From Vulcanimicrobiales bacterium (GTDB lineage: Bacteria > Vulcanimicrobiota > Vulcanimicrobiia > Vulcanimicrobiales > Vulcanimicrobiaceae): a stretch of DNA of 64,000 nt. The notes below the pieces were generated by a model, which saw only the letters and a program-made list of their open reading frames with translations, was not told where the DNA came from and made no database searches. This document shows, piece after piece, positions 56,160 through 64,000 of this stretch. The DNA is taken from contig JBBRLI010000001.1 in assembly GCA_038231455.1 (NCBI GenBank), positions 224,001-288,000 of the forward strand, written 5' to 3'. Position 1 is the stretch's first letter, and every line of letters starts with the position of its first letter. The position numbers and the translations under genes were made by a program.

Positions 56160-57474
56160 GTGCACGCGCACGGCGCTCGTCCAGCGGACGCTCGCACTAG
56201 CGGGAAAGAGCGGCCTCGAAGTGCTCGTCACATCCCAACAGAGCGCCCTCACCCGTTTCACCCACAACGCAATCCATCAAAACGTGGACGCGAGCGACGC
56301 GACGATTCGCGTGCGTGCCATCCTCGGCAAACAGACTGGCGTTGCGACGACCAATCGCACGGACGATGTGGGATTACGCGAGGTCGTCACGCAGGCGCAG
56401 CGACTCGCGAACTTCGCGCCGCCAAGCGGGGTGGAACCCGCCCTGGTCGGGCCACAATCGCCCTCGCCAGTCGCGGCAGCGAGCACCACTCCCGTCGATG
56501 CCGAGCGTCGCGCGAGCGTCGCACGCGCGATCTTCGATGTCGCAGAAGAGCACGGCGCGTGGGCTGCAGGCTACGTCACGACGAGCGCAAGCGGTTTGAC
56601 GCTGGCCAACACGGCGGGACTCCAGGCTTCGTTCGATGCGACGGACAGCGGTGCCAACGTGAAGATGAACGGGGTCGCCGCAACCGGATTTGCCGAACGG
56701 TACTCTATCGATGCAGCGCTGCTCGACGGCCGCAGTCTCGGTGAACGCGCGGCGGAAAAAGTACGCGCCGGCGGAACGCCGACCGCCGTCGACCCGGGCG
56801 CATGGACCGTTATTTTCGAGCCGGCGGCATTTGGCGAACTGATCGCGCATCTTACGGATCATTTTTCAGCGCAGACTTACATTGAAGGGTCATCGTTTCT
56901 GACCGGCGTTCTTGGGACGCGTGTCTTCGGCGAAAACGTGACGATTCGCGATGACTACACGCATGCGCTCAATCCCGGACAATCATTCGACTACGAGGGA
57001 ACGCCGACTCCGCCGCTGGCGCTCATCGAACGTGGGGTCGCTCAATCGATCGTCACCGACTCGCACTACGCGCGTCAGCTCCACTGCGCGAACACCGGTC
57101 ACGCGTTGCCCGCTCCGAACGCGTACGGTCCGCAGGCGATGCACGTCGTCGTCGAGGGCGGAGAGAAGTCGACCCAGCAGTTGATCGCGGAGACGAAGCG
57201 CGGCATCCTCGTCACGCGGCTCTGGTACGTGCGCACCGTCGACAAACGTGCAACCATCGTCACGGGGATGACGCGCGACGGTACGCTGCTCATCGAGCAC
57301 GGGCGCATCACCGGCGGCGTCCGGAATATGCGCTTCAATCAGTCGATCGCCGAACTCATGCGCGATTGCGAGCTGAGTTCAGAACAGCAGCGGACCGGCG
57401 GTTACGCGTATTCGCTCGTGGTTCCGGCCCTCAAAGTCCCGCGCTTTACGTTCACCAGCGCGACCGCGTTCTAG
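56152..57474 (+). CDS. TldE/PmbA subunit
   Basis: TRF..NAIHQN, FDYEG, TGHA and TGMTRDG; no HExxxH. Confidence 0.85.
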   Translation: MDECTRTALVQRTLALAGKSGLEVLVTSQQSALTRFTHNAIHQNVDASDATIRVRAILGKQTGVATTNRTDDVGLREVVTQAQRLANFAPPSGVEPALVGPQSPSPVAAASTTPVDAERRASVARAIFDVAEEHGAWAAGYVTTSASGLTLANTAGLQASFDATDSGANVKMNGVAATGFAERYSIDAALLDGRSLGERAAEKVRAGGTPTAVDPGAWTVIFEPAAFGELIAHLTDHFSAQTYIEGSSFLTGVLGTRVFGENVTIRDDYTHALNPGQSFDYEGTPTPPLALIERGVAQSIVTDSHYARQLHCANTGHALPAPNAYGPQAMHVVVEGGEKSTQQLIAETKRGILVTRLWYVRTVDKRATIVTGMTRDGTLLIEHGRITGGVRNMRFNQSIAELMRDCELSSEQQRTGGYAYSLVVPALKVPRFTFTSATAF

Positions 57475-58430
57475 CCGTGCGCCTCGGTTAAGGCGGCGCG
57501 CGGCGGGATGGCAAATGCTGCCCATACCAGGCCCGCAAGAAAGACGATGAGTCCGGCGATGAGCGCGATCGGTGCAGGCGCAGAGGCAACGATGAGTTGC
57601 GGATACGTTCCGATGCTTGCGCGAAGACGCAGACCACCGACCGAGACATACTCGCCCGATGCACCGATTTTGATGTCGAGCGTTTTCCCCGCCTCGTCGT
57701 CGACGGCAAAGAGCACCGTCGGTACGTTTTTATTCGGCGTCGCAATGTGATTCATTTTCGCGGTGTCTTGCGCGGAAAAATAGATCGTACGGACGACGCG
57801 CTTGGCGCCGGGTGTGCGAAAGGTATCGAACGGCAGTTTCTTGCCGGCGATCGTCGCCTCGTTGTGAAAGAGCAAAATCGGCGAGAGAAACGCCGCACTA
57901 TCGGGCTGCGTGATCGTCAGATGGTTCCCGGCCCCATCGTATGCATCGATGAACGCAGCGTGCGTCGGCTCCGTGAAGAGGACGGAATTCCCGACGTAGC
58001 GCTTCGTTCCGGCCGGAATATCGATCTCGCCTTCGCCGCGTTTGCGCAAGAGCACGTGCGCATCGCCGCGCGCCACGGCCGCACCGTCAACCGCAGAAAA
58101 GAACGCCGCGCGACCGAGGTCCGGTAGCGGCGCGACTGTGCCCGGCGAGCGTACGATCGTGTCGGTATCGGGGCCGAGCAGTCCCGATGCAAGACCCGCG
58201 CCCAGCACGACGAGCGCGCCAAGCTGGGCGACGGCAAGGCGTTTGCCGAGTGGGCCATCTTCGCCCCGCTGGGCGCCGAGCGCATATCCCACCATGACGA
58301 AGGCCGCGATCGCAAGCGCGAGTGCGTATTGCCAGGTGTGAAAGAGCGCCGTCGTCGGAATGATGTCTTGCGCGACGACGAGGGCGATGGCAACGAACGC
58401 AACCGCAAGTGCAAACCAGCGCGAACTCAC
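57471..58430 (-). CDS. Membrane protein, ResB-like topology
   Basis: Three N-terminal TMs, large soluble domain and one C-terminal TM; coupled to the TlpA/ResA gene. Confidence 0.45.
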   Translation of the reverse strand: MSSRWFALAVAFVAIALVVAQDIIPTTALFHTWQYALALAIAAFVMVGYALGAQRGEDGPLGKRLAVAQLGALVVLGAGLASGLLGPDTDTIVRSPGTVAPLPDLGRAAFFSAVDGAAVARGDAHVLLRKRGEGEIDIPAGTKRYVGNSVLFTEPTHAAFIDAYDGAGNHLTITQPDSAAFLSPILLFHNEATIAGKKLPFDTFRTPGAKRVVRTIYFSAQDTAKMNHIATPNKNVPTVLFAVDDEAGKTLDIKIGASGEYVSVGGLRLRASIGTYPQLIVASAPAPIALIAGLIVFLAGLVWAAFAIPPRAALTEAHG

Positions 58431-58960
58431 TGCGCGCGCAACGCAGGCGCAACGGCCTCGCGCATCTGCGCGAGCGTGAGTTGACCGTCGATGCCTTTGA
58501 CGATATGGCCGCTACGATCGACGATGATGGTGGTCGGCAAACCGACCGCGCTATAACTGCGTCCGTAGGCTTGCTCTTGATCGAGCAAAATCGGGAACGT
58601 CACGCCGTGTTTACGCGCGTACGCAGCGGTAACCCCCTGCGACTCGCCTTGATCGACGCCGATCACGACCACGCCTTTGGCCCGGATTTCCTTGGAGAAG
58701 GCCTCGAGTTCCGGCATCTCCGCATCGCAGGGTGGGCACCACGTTGCCCAAATGTTCATCAGCACGACGGAACCGCGGTAGCGATCGAGGCCGTCCAACT
58801 GTCCGTCGATTCGTTTGAGCGTATAACTCACGGCCGGAGCGCCGGCGAGCATCGCGGGACCGCCGCCTTCGGCGGTGCGCTTCGGACCGCCGCCGGGATA
58901 GAACGCAACGATCAGTAAAAGTGCAATCACGGCACAAGCGATGAGAAGGACGTTGCGCAT
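58427..58960 (-). CDS. TlpA/ResA thiol-disulfide oxidoreductase
   Basis: N-terminal anchor, NIWATWCPPC..EMP and GLPTT. Confidence 0.9.
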   Translation of the reverse strand: MRNVLLIACAVIALLLIVAFYPGGGPKRTAEGGGPAMLAGAPAVSYTLKRIDGQLDGLDRYRGSVVLMNIWATWCPPCDAEMPELEAFSKEIRAKGVVVIGVDQGESQGVTAAYARKHGVTFPILLDQEQAYGRSYSAVGLPTTIIVDRSGHIVKGIDGQLTLAQMREAVAPALRAQ

Positions 58961-59822
58961 GACATCCGCGTTCGCGAATTCGGTCCCCGCTCCCCACACC
59001 GCGTGGCGCGAGCACCGCTTGGTCGTCGCCGGCGTGCGTATCGCCGCGTTCGAATGCGGTCCGCTGAGCGGCCCGACCATCGCCCTGGTTCATGGTCTCG
59101 GCCACTGGACCGACGCTGCCTGGGGACGCCTTGCCCCGCTCCTCGCAGAGCGCTATCGGATCGTCGCCTTCGATTTGCCCGGCTTCGGCGAGAGCGAACG
59201 CCCGGACGCACCGTACGATCTGCCCTTCTTCCGCCGGATCGTCACGGGCGTCCTCGACGCACTCGCGCCGCATCCCATCGCGCTTGTCGGCCATTCACTT
59301 GGCGGGATGATCTGCGCCGATGTCGCGGCGGCGATTCCCGATCGTATCGGCCGGCTCGTCTTGATCGATCCGGCGGGTTTCTTACGCGCACCACGCGTGT
59401 TCGTCAAACTCGTGTCCTTGCCGCTCACCGAACGGCTATTCCAACTTCCACCCTCGCGCAAATTCGTACGCCGATCGCTGGATCAATCGGTCTATGACAT
59501 CGCGGTCAACAGCTCGGCAACGCACGCACGCGCGTACGAACTCGCATGCGACCGACTCGTGCGACGCGCGTTCGGACGCGTGTACTCAGGAGCCATGCAA
59601 GAACTTCTGCGCCTCGATGAACTCCACGCGCAGTTCGGGACGTACAAGAAACCGACACTTATCATTTGGGGAAAAGACGATCACTTCGTTCCGATAAAAG
59701 CACTTACTGAAGTGGAAAAAACCTACCCTCACGCCGTCGTATGCGTCTTCGATCAGACGGGTCACTGCCCGATGTTAGAACGTCCCGCAGCGATCGCTGA
59801 GACGATCGAGGGGTTTCTCTAG
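58959..59822 (+). CDS. Alpha/beta hydrolase
   Basis: LVHG, DLPGFGES, GHSLGG, WG..D and GH. Confidence 0.9.
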   Translation: MTSAFANSVPAPHTAWREHRLVVAGVRIAAFECGPLSGPTIALVHGLGHWTDAAWGRLAPLLAERYRIVAFDLPGFGESERPDAPYDLPFFRRIVTGVLDALAPHPIALVGHSLGGMICADVAAAIPDRIGRLVLIDPAGFLRAPRVFVKLVSLPLTERLFQLPPSRKFVRRSLDQSVYDIAVNSSATHARAYELACDRLVRRAFGRVYSGAMQELLRLDELHAQFGTYKKPTLIIWGKDDHFVPIKALTEVEKTYPHAVVCVFDQTGHCPMLERPAAIAETIEGFL

Positions 59823-60235
59823 TCCACGCGGGTTTGCAAAAAGATCAGATAGCCGTCTGGATCGGCGAGCTCGATTTGTCGCATGCCGTAGCGCGTTACC
59901 GCCGGCGGTCGGACGTGAACGCCGAGCGCATGCAAATCCGCATATGCGCGGTCGAGATCGTCGCAAAAAATATACAGCCCCACATCTTTGTGGCCACGCC
60001 AGCGACGTTCATCACGCGCTGCGGGCCGTTCGTTCTCATCATAGGCGGTATTGAGCATGAGCTCGATTTCGTTGTTTTCCAGCATCGCCCAGTGAAAGTA
60101 GCGGCCTTCCGCAGCCACGATCTCGGGCGATGAATTGACGAGTTCGAATCCTAAGACCTCACAGTAAAACCGGACGGACTCGGGCATGTCGAACACTTGC
60201 AGTAACGTCGTTAGACCGGACAAATGAAGATTCAT
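59819..60235 (-). CDS. VOC/glyoxalase family protein
   Basis: V.DM..S..FY..VLGF and YGMR....DPDGY. Confidence 0.85.
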   Translation of the reverse strand: MNLHLSGLTTLLQVFDMPESVRFYCEVLGFELVNSSPEIVAAEGRYFHWAMLENNEIELMLNTAYDENERPAARDERRWRGHKDVGLYIFCDDLDRAYADLHALGVHVRPPAVTRYGMRQIELADPDGYLIFLQTRVD

Positions 60236-60522
60236 TACCAATCTCCCATGCGTTCTTCGTCCACCTCGCCCTCGAAGGCGACGGTGCCGGGTGCGATGAT
60301 TGCGGCGATGAGCGGGATACCGTTGAGGCGGATATCGCCTCGACCGTGGGCACGTTCCATACTTCGTTCGAAGAGCGCACAGTAGCGCTGGAGCACGTCG
60401 GGCGCGCAGAGCACGCGGCTCGGTTTGATGTGGTAGAGCTGGCGGAAGGCCGCAAAGGCGTCCTCGAATGCCGTCGCATCGAATGCGGGCCCTAAAAGCA
60501 CTTCGCGCCGCACGTGTTCCAA
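60235..60522 (-). CDS. Hypothetical protein (95 aa)
   Basis: GGAGG RBS before TTG at 60522; stop overlaps the VOC start (TAATG). Confidence 0.65.
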   Translation of the reverse strand: MEHVRREVLLGPAFDATAFEDAFAAFRQLYHIKPSRVLCAPDVLQRYCALFERSMERAHGRGDIRLNGIPLIAAIIAPGTVAFEGEVDEERMGDW

Positions 60523-60558
60523 GGTTTGCCTCCGAGACCGAACGAACCGCGCCGGGTC

Positions 60559-61416
60559 ATGCCCGCATCGATCATCGACGGACGCGCGGTCGCAGAAGAA
60601 CTGCGATCCGATCTTCGCACGCGCAGCGCCCAACTCCGCGCGCGCGGCGTGATTCCACGCCTGGTCGTCGCGATCGTCGGCGAGGATGCCTCGAGCCTCG
60701 CGTACGTCAAGAGCCTCGTCAGCGTCGGCGCGAAAGTCGGCATCGATGTCACGATCGACGCACTGCCGCGAGACGCCGCCGAGGCGGCCGTGCGCGCGCA
60801 GCTGCAACGCCTCGGCGCCGATCCGAGCGTCCACGGCATCATCTTGCAGCAGCCGCTACCGGCGCATTTGCTGATCCGCCAAATCGCCGATGCCGTACTG
60901 CCCGAAAAAGACGTTGACGGCACTAACCCCATGAATCAGGGGCGTCTTGCCTTCGGATCGGGCACGCTGTTCGTGCCCGCGACCCCGGCGGCGGTCATGA
61001 TCTTGCTCGAACGCAGCCCGGCGTGGCCGCTGCGCGGTAAGCGCGCGGTGATGGTCGGCCGCTCGAACGTCGTTGGCCTTCCCGTGGCACTTCTGATGAT
61101 GGCGCAAAACGCCACCGTCATCACCACCCATAAAGAGACGATCGATCTTGCGCGCTACACGCGCGATGCCGAAGTGCTCGTCGTTGCAACGGGCGTGCCC
61201 GGTCTCATCACGGGCGACATGATTCGCCCCGGTGCCACCGTGATCGACGTTGGCACGACCGTGATCGGCGGCAAACTCGTCGGCGATGTCGAGTTCACGA
61301 GTGCATCCGCGGTCGCCGGAGCGATCACGCCGGTGCCCGGCGGTGTCGGACCGGTGACCAACGTCGCGCTCATGCGCAACGTCATCGACGCGGCCGAACG
61401 ACTTAATTCAAACTGA
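60559..61416 (+). CDS. folD: Methylenetetrahydrofolate dehydrogenase/cyclohydrolase
   Basis: IIDG, S..YV, Q.PLP, KDVDG, GRSNVVG.P and ITPVPGGVGP. Confidence 0.93.
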   Translation: MPASIIDGRAVAEELRSDLRTRSAQLRARGVIPRLVVAIVGEDASSLAYVKSLVSVGAKVGIDVTIDALPRDAAEAAVRAQLQRLGADPSVHGIILQQPLPAHLLIRQIADAVLPEKDVDGTNPMNQGRLAFGSGTLFVPATPAAVMILLERSPAWPLRGKRAVMVGRSNVVGLPVALLMMAQNATVITTHKETIDLARYTRDAEVLVVATGVPGLITGDMIRPGATVIDVGTTVIGGKLVGDVEFTSASAVAGAITPVPGGVGPVTNVALMRNVIDAAERLNSN

Positions 61417-62119
61417 AATGTTTGCCGAAGAACTTCTCTTGATGCGAGCGGAACGCGCCGCCCGGTGCATCTTCGCGTTCGACCTGCGCCGGTTCGGCGG
61501 CCTTACGTTCGAGCAGCGAGCGCAATTGCGGTAAGAGCCGACGCAGAAAGCCGAGTTCGACTTTGAGCCGCTGATGTGTGTCCGAGGTTTCGAGCAGCTT
61601 CTGTTTCATCGAATCGGCGACTTGTAGGGCATCGCCAATGAGGTACGATGCATCGACCGGATCGCTCGGCAGATCGATCTCTGCCGTCGTGCCGCTGAAT
61701 TCGACCAGCAGACGTAAATATTCACGAAACTCATCGCGCACTTCGCTCGAGAGCTCTTCGACGGCGTCGATGTCGGCGATCTCTTCTTCGAGATACTCAA
61801 CGTTGCACATCAAAAACGGCTCGCGGCTGATCACATCGAGGATGCGAAAGCGACGTCGTCCGGTGGTGGAAATATAATAGCGTCCGGCCGGCAGCGGCGT
61901 TACGTCGGCGATCTCCGCCGTCGTGCCGATATCGTACGGCATCACCTCGAGGTCGCCCGCTTCATCGCCGTCGCGAATGAGGACGACTCCGAATGCCTCG
62001 CCTGTGTCGAGACATTCGGAGATCATCTGTCGATAGCGCGGTTCGAAGACGTGCAGGTTGAGAATGACTCCCGGAAACAGCACGGTGTTCAACGGGAACA
62101 AACGCAGCCTCTTCGCCAC
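61403..62119 (-). CDS. Lon substrate-binding (N-terminal) domain protein
   Basis: LFPL..VLFPG..L.LHVFEPRY. Confidence 0.9.
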   Translation of the reverse strand: MAKRLRLFPLNTVLFPGVILNLHVFEPRYRQMISECLDTGEAFGVVLIRDGDEAGDLEVMPYDIGTTAEIADVTPLPAGRYYISTTGRRRFRILDVISREPFLMCNVEYLEEEIADIDAVEELSSEVRDEFREYLRLLVEFSGTTAEIDLPSDPVDASYLIGDALQVADSMKQKLLETSDTHQRLKVELGFLRRLLPQLRSLLERKAAEPAQVEREDAPGGAFRSHQEKFFGKHFSLN

Positions 62120-62124
62120 GGAGA

Positions 62125-62733
62125 TTAGTGGCTGCCCAGCCGTGATTCGACGACCGCCCAATCGATGTTCGCGAAGAACGACTCGATGTATTTGGGACGT
62201 TCGGCGGGCTTGTAATCGAGCAAGAAGGCGTGCTCCCACGCATCCATCACAAGGATCGGCTTGAATCCGGCAACGTTGCCTTCTTCGTGGAGCGTGACCC
62301 AGTGGTTGGTGATACGGCCGGACTTGGGATCTTGGAACGCGATTGCCCAGCCCACGCCGCGCATGCCGCCCACGGCCATGAAGTCTTTCTTCCAGGTCTC
62401 AAAGTCGCCATACGTGGCAGCGAGAGCAGCCTGCAATTTCGAACTCGGCGCGCCGCCCGCGGTCGATGTCATGTTGTCGAAATAATATTCGTGCAACGCC
62501 ATGCCGTTGTATTCAAAGCCAAGACGCCGCGTGAGCTCCGCAAAGTGCGGGTTCGCACCGGCAGCAGTGCCGGCTGAAAGTTGTTCTGCCAACTGCTCGT
62601 TGAGCAGGTTGGTGTTCTTCACGTAGCCTTCGTACAGTCCGAAGTGCACCTGGAGCGTGTTGTCCGAGATGCCCTGGAGCCCGGCGAGGGTCCATTTTTT
62701 GGGGGTGTACGTTTGTTGCGCGAGAGTTGCCAC
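62125..62733 (-). CDS. Fe/Mn superoxide dismutase
   Basis: H..LYEGYV, NG..LHEYYF and DAWEHAF; AGGAGG RBS before GTG. Confidence 0.88.
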   Translation of the reverse strand: MATLAQQTYTPKKWTLAGLQGISDNTLQVHFGLYEGYVKNTNLLNEQLAEQLSAGTAAGANPHFAELTRRLGFEYNGMALHEYYFDNMTSTAGGAPSSKLQAALAATYGDFETWKKDFMAVGGMRGVGWAIAFQDPKSGRITNHWVTLHEEGNVAGFKPILVMDAWEHAFLLDYKPAERPKYIESFFANIDWAVVESRLGSH

Positions 62734-62884
62734 GAGGGTGCCTCCTAGGATGTGTTCTCCCAGCCGCCGCTGAGCGAACACGAAAAAACGGGTCAAAAGA
62801 GATGGACTCTATGCGTTCGACGACGCAGACCTGAACCCCGTGGCGGCAGGTTCCCTTAAGGTTTGACAAGCAAACCTCAGGACC

Positions 62885-63511
62885 GTGCGCGATCTAAGTT
62901 ATCTTACGCGTCTCCATCGCGAGCCCGCGCCACTCCTACTCGAACTCGAACAACAGGGAACCTACGATGGGATCCCGATCGTCGACCGAGCAGCGGGCCG
63001 AATGCTCTCGACGCTCGTCCACGCGATGCAGGCCAATCGCATCGTCGAAATCGGCACGGCATACGGCTATTCCACGCTGTGGATGGCCCTCGCGCTCCCG
63101 CCGGCCGGCCACATCTGGACGATCGATCCGGATATGGAGCGCACGACGATCGCTCAAAGCTATTTGCAGCGAGCGGGACGCGCGCATCAAGTCGATATTC
63201 TCAATCAGCCGGCGCTCGAAGTTTTACCGACGCTCCCGCAGCGTAACGTCGATATCATTTTCATCGATGCGATCAAAACGGAGTATGAAGCGTATCTCGA
63301 ACTTTGCATACCGCTGCTGAAACTCTCCGGCCTCGTCATCATCGACAACCTGCTCTGGTCGGGCGAATCATCGGCGGAACCGGCGCACGGCGATAGCGAC
63401 GATACGCGCGCGATCCGCGAATTCAATCGCGTCTTTCTGCAGCATCCGCAACTCGATGCAACGATCGTGCCGATCGGCGATGGATTGGGGATCGGTGCCC
63501 GCATCAACTGA
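62885..63511 (+). CDS. Class I SAM-dependent O-methyltransferase
   Basis: EIGTAYGYS, IFIDA.K and DN.LW. Confidence 0.9.
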   Translation: MRDLSYLTRLHREPAPLLLELEQQGTYDGIPIVDRAAGRMLSTLVHAMQANRIVEIGTAYGYSTLWMALALPPAGHIWTIDPDMERTTIAQSYLQRAGRAHQVDILNQPALEVLPTLPQRNVDIIFIDAIKTEYEAYLELCIPLLKLSGLVIIDNLLWSGESSAEPAHGDSDDTRAIREFNRVFLQHPQLDATIVPIGDGLGIGARIN

Positions 63512-63977
63512 AGCGTTCAAATCCGCGATGCGTCACGTGCCGACGGGCGTTACCGTCATCACGACCATGCACGACGGAGAGGACGCGGGTTTCACGGCAA
63601 ACGCCTTTGCAAGCGTCTCGGCCGACCCGCCGATGCTGCTCATCTGCGTTAATCGCAGCGCAAGTTCGCACGGCTTGATCTCCGCCTCCGGCGTCTTTTG
63701 CGTGAATTTGCTCGCGCGCGAGCAACAGGCGATTGCGGAAAAATTCGCCGGTGGGGAGCCCAAAGAGCGCTTCGCCGGTGTCGAGATCGAGCGCGGTCCG
63801 CTGGGGACGGCGATCATCGCGGGATCGCTCGCCCATTTTGAGTGTCGCCTCGCAGAAGAACACACGGCGGGCACGCATACCATCTTCATTGGCGAAGTCG
63901 TGTCGTGCGATTCGCGCCCCGGCGAACCGCTCGGCTACTACGATCGCCGGTACCGCAACTTCGGTCTCTCGGCGTGA
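63495..63977 (+). CDS. Flavin reductase family protein
   Basis: F..AM....TGVTVIT, SVS.DPP and GTH.IFIGEV. Confidence 0.9.
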   Translation: MPASTEAFKSAMRHVPTGVTVITTMHDGEDAGFTANAFASVSADPPMLLICVNRSASSHGLISASGVFCVNLLAREQQAIAEKFAGGEPKERFAGVEIERGPLGTAIIAGSLAHFECRLAEEHTAGTHTIFIGEVVSCDSRPGEPLGYYDRRYRNFGLSA

Positions 63978-64000
63978 TCGTCGAGCACTTCCCGGTCGGG

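Noticed and set aside
54567-57474. TldD/E as part of a RiPP cluster
   Set aside because: No precursor peptide or modifying enzymes nearby; ordinary housekeeping context
1-64000. Many long overlapping Arg/Ala-rich ORFs in the track
   Set aside because: Expected shadow ORFs in high-GC DNA; no motifs, and they overlap well-supported genes

Overview
GC-rich bacterial chromosomal window with very dense gene packing. Outer-membrane proteins (TolC, TonB-dependent receptor) together with Terrabacteria-style genes suggest a diderm soil organism such as Candidatus Eremiobacterota (inference only). The flanks (1-16350 and 34200-64000) are mostly housekeeping or metabolic genes: pheA, paaI/paaN, a DEAD-box helicase, a c-di-GMP module, ndh, peptide-binding proteins, TolC, tldD/E, folD and an Fe/Mn SOD. 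The centre (about 16400-33900) is a metal-handling region with three parts. (i) A predicted Ni/Co system: an RcnA-like protein, two NiCoT permeases, two DUF4331-type exported proteins, a TPR protein and a TonB-dependent receptor. Its two 5' regions share a palindrome, TGTCTAC-N3-GTAGAC. (ii) An opposite-strand unit with a second RcnA-like protein, a 60-aa peptide with 21 His and a possible ribbon-helix-helix protein. (iii) A copper module: a CopA-type ATPase facing an operon of a Met-rich outer-membrane protein, cytochrome c, a BlaI/CopY repressor and an M56 protease ending in His-His-Cys, preceded by two BlaI-type boxes. The right edge is a junction between two broken genes (lemA and a putative glycolipid-binding gene). 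I saw no rRNA, tRNA, CRISPR array or transposase. All family calls come from recognising motifs by eye; no database searches were run.
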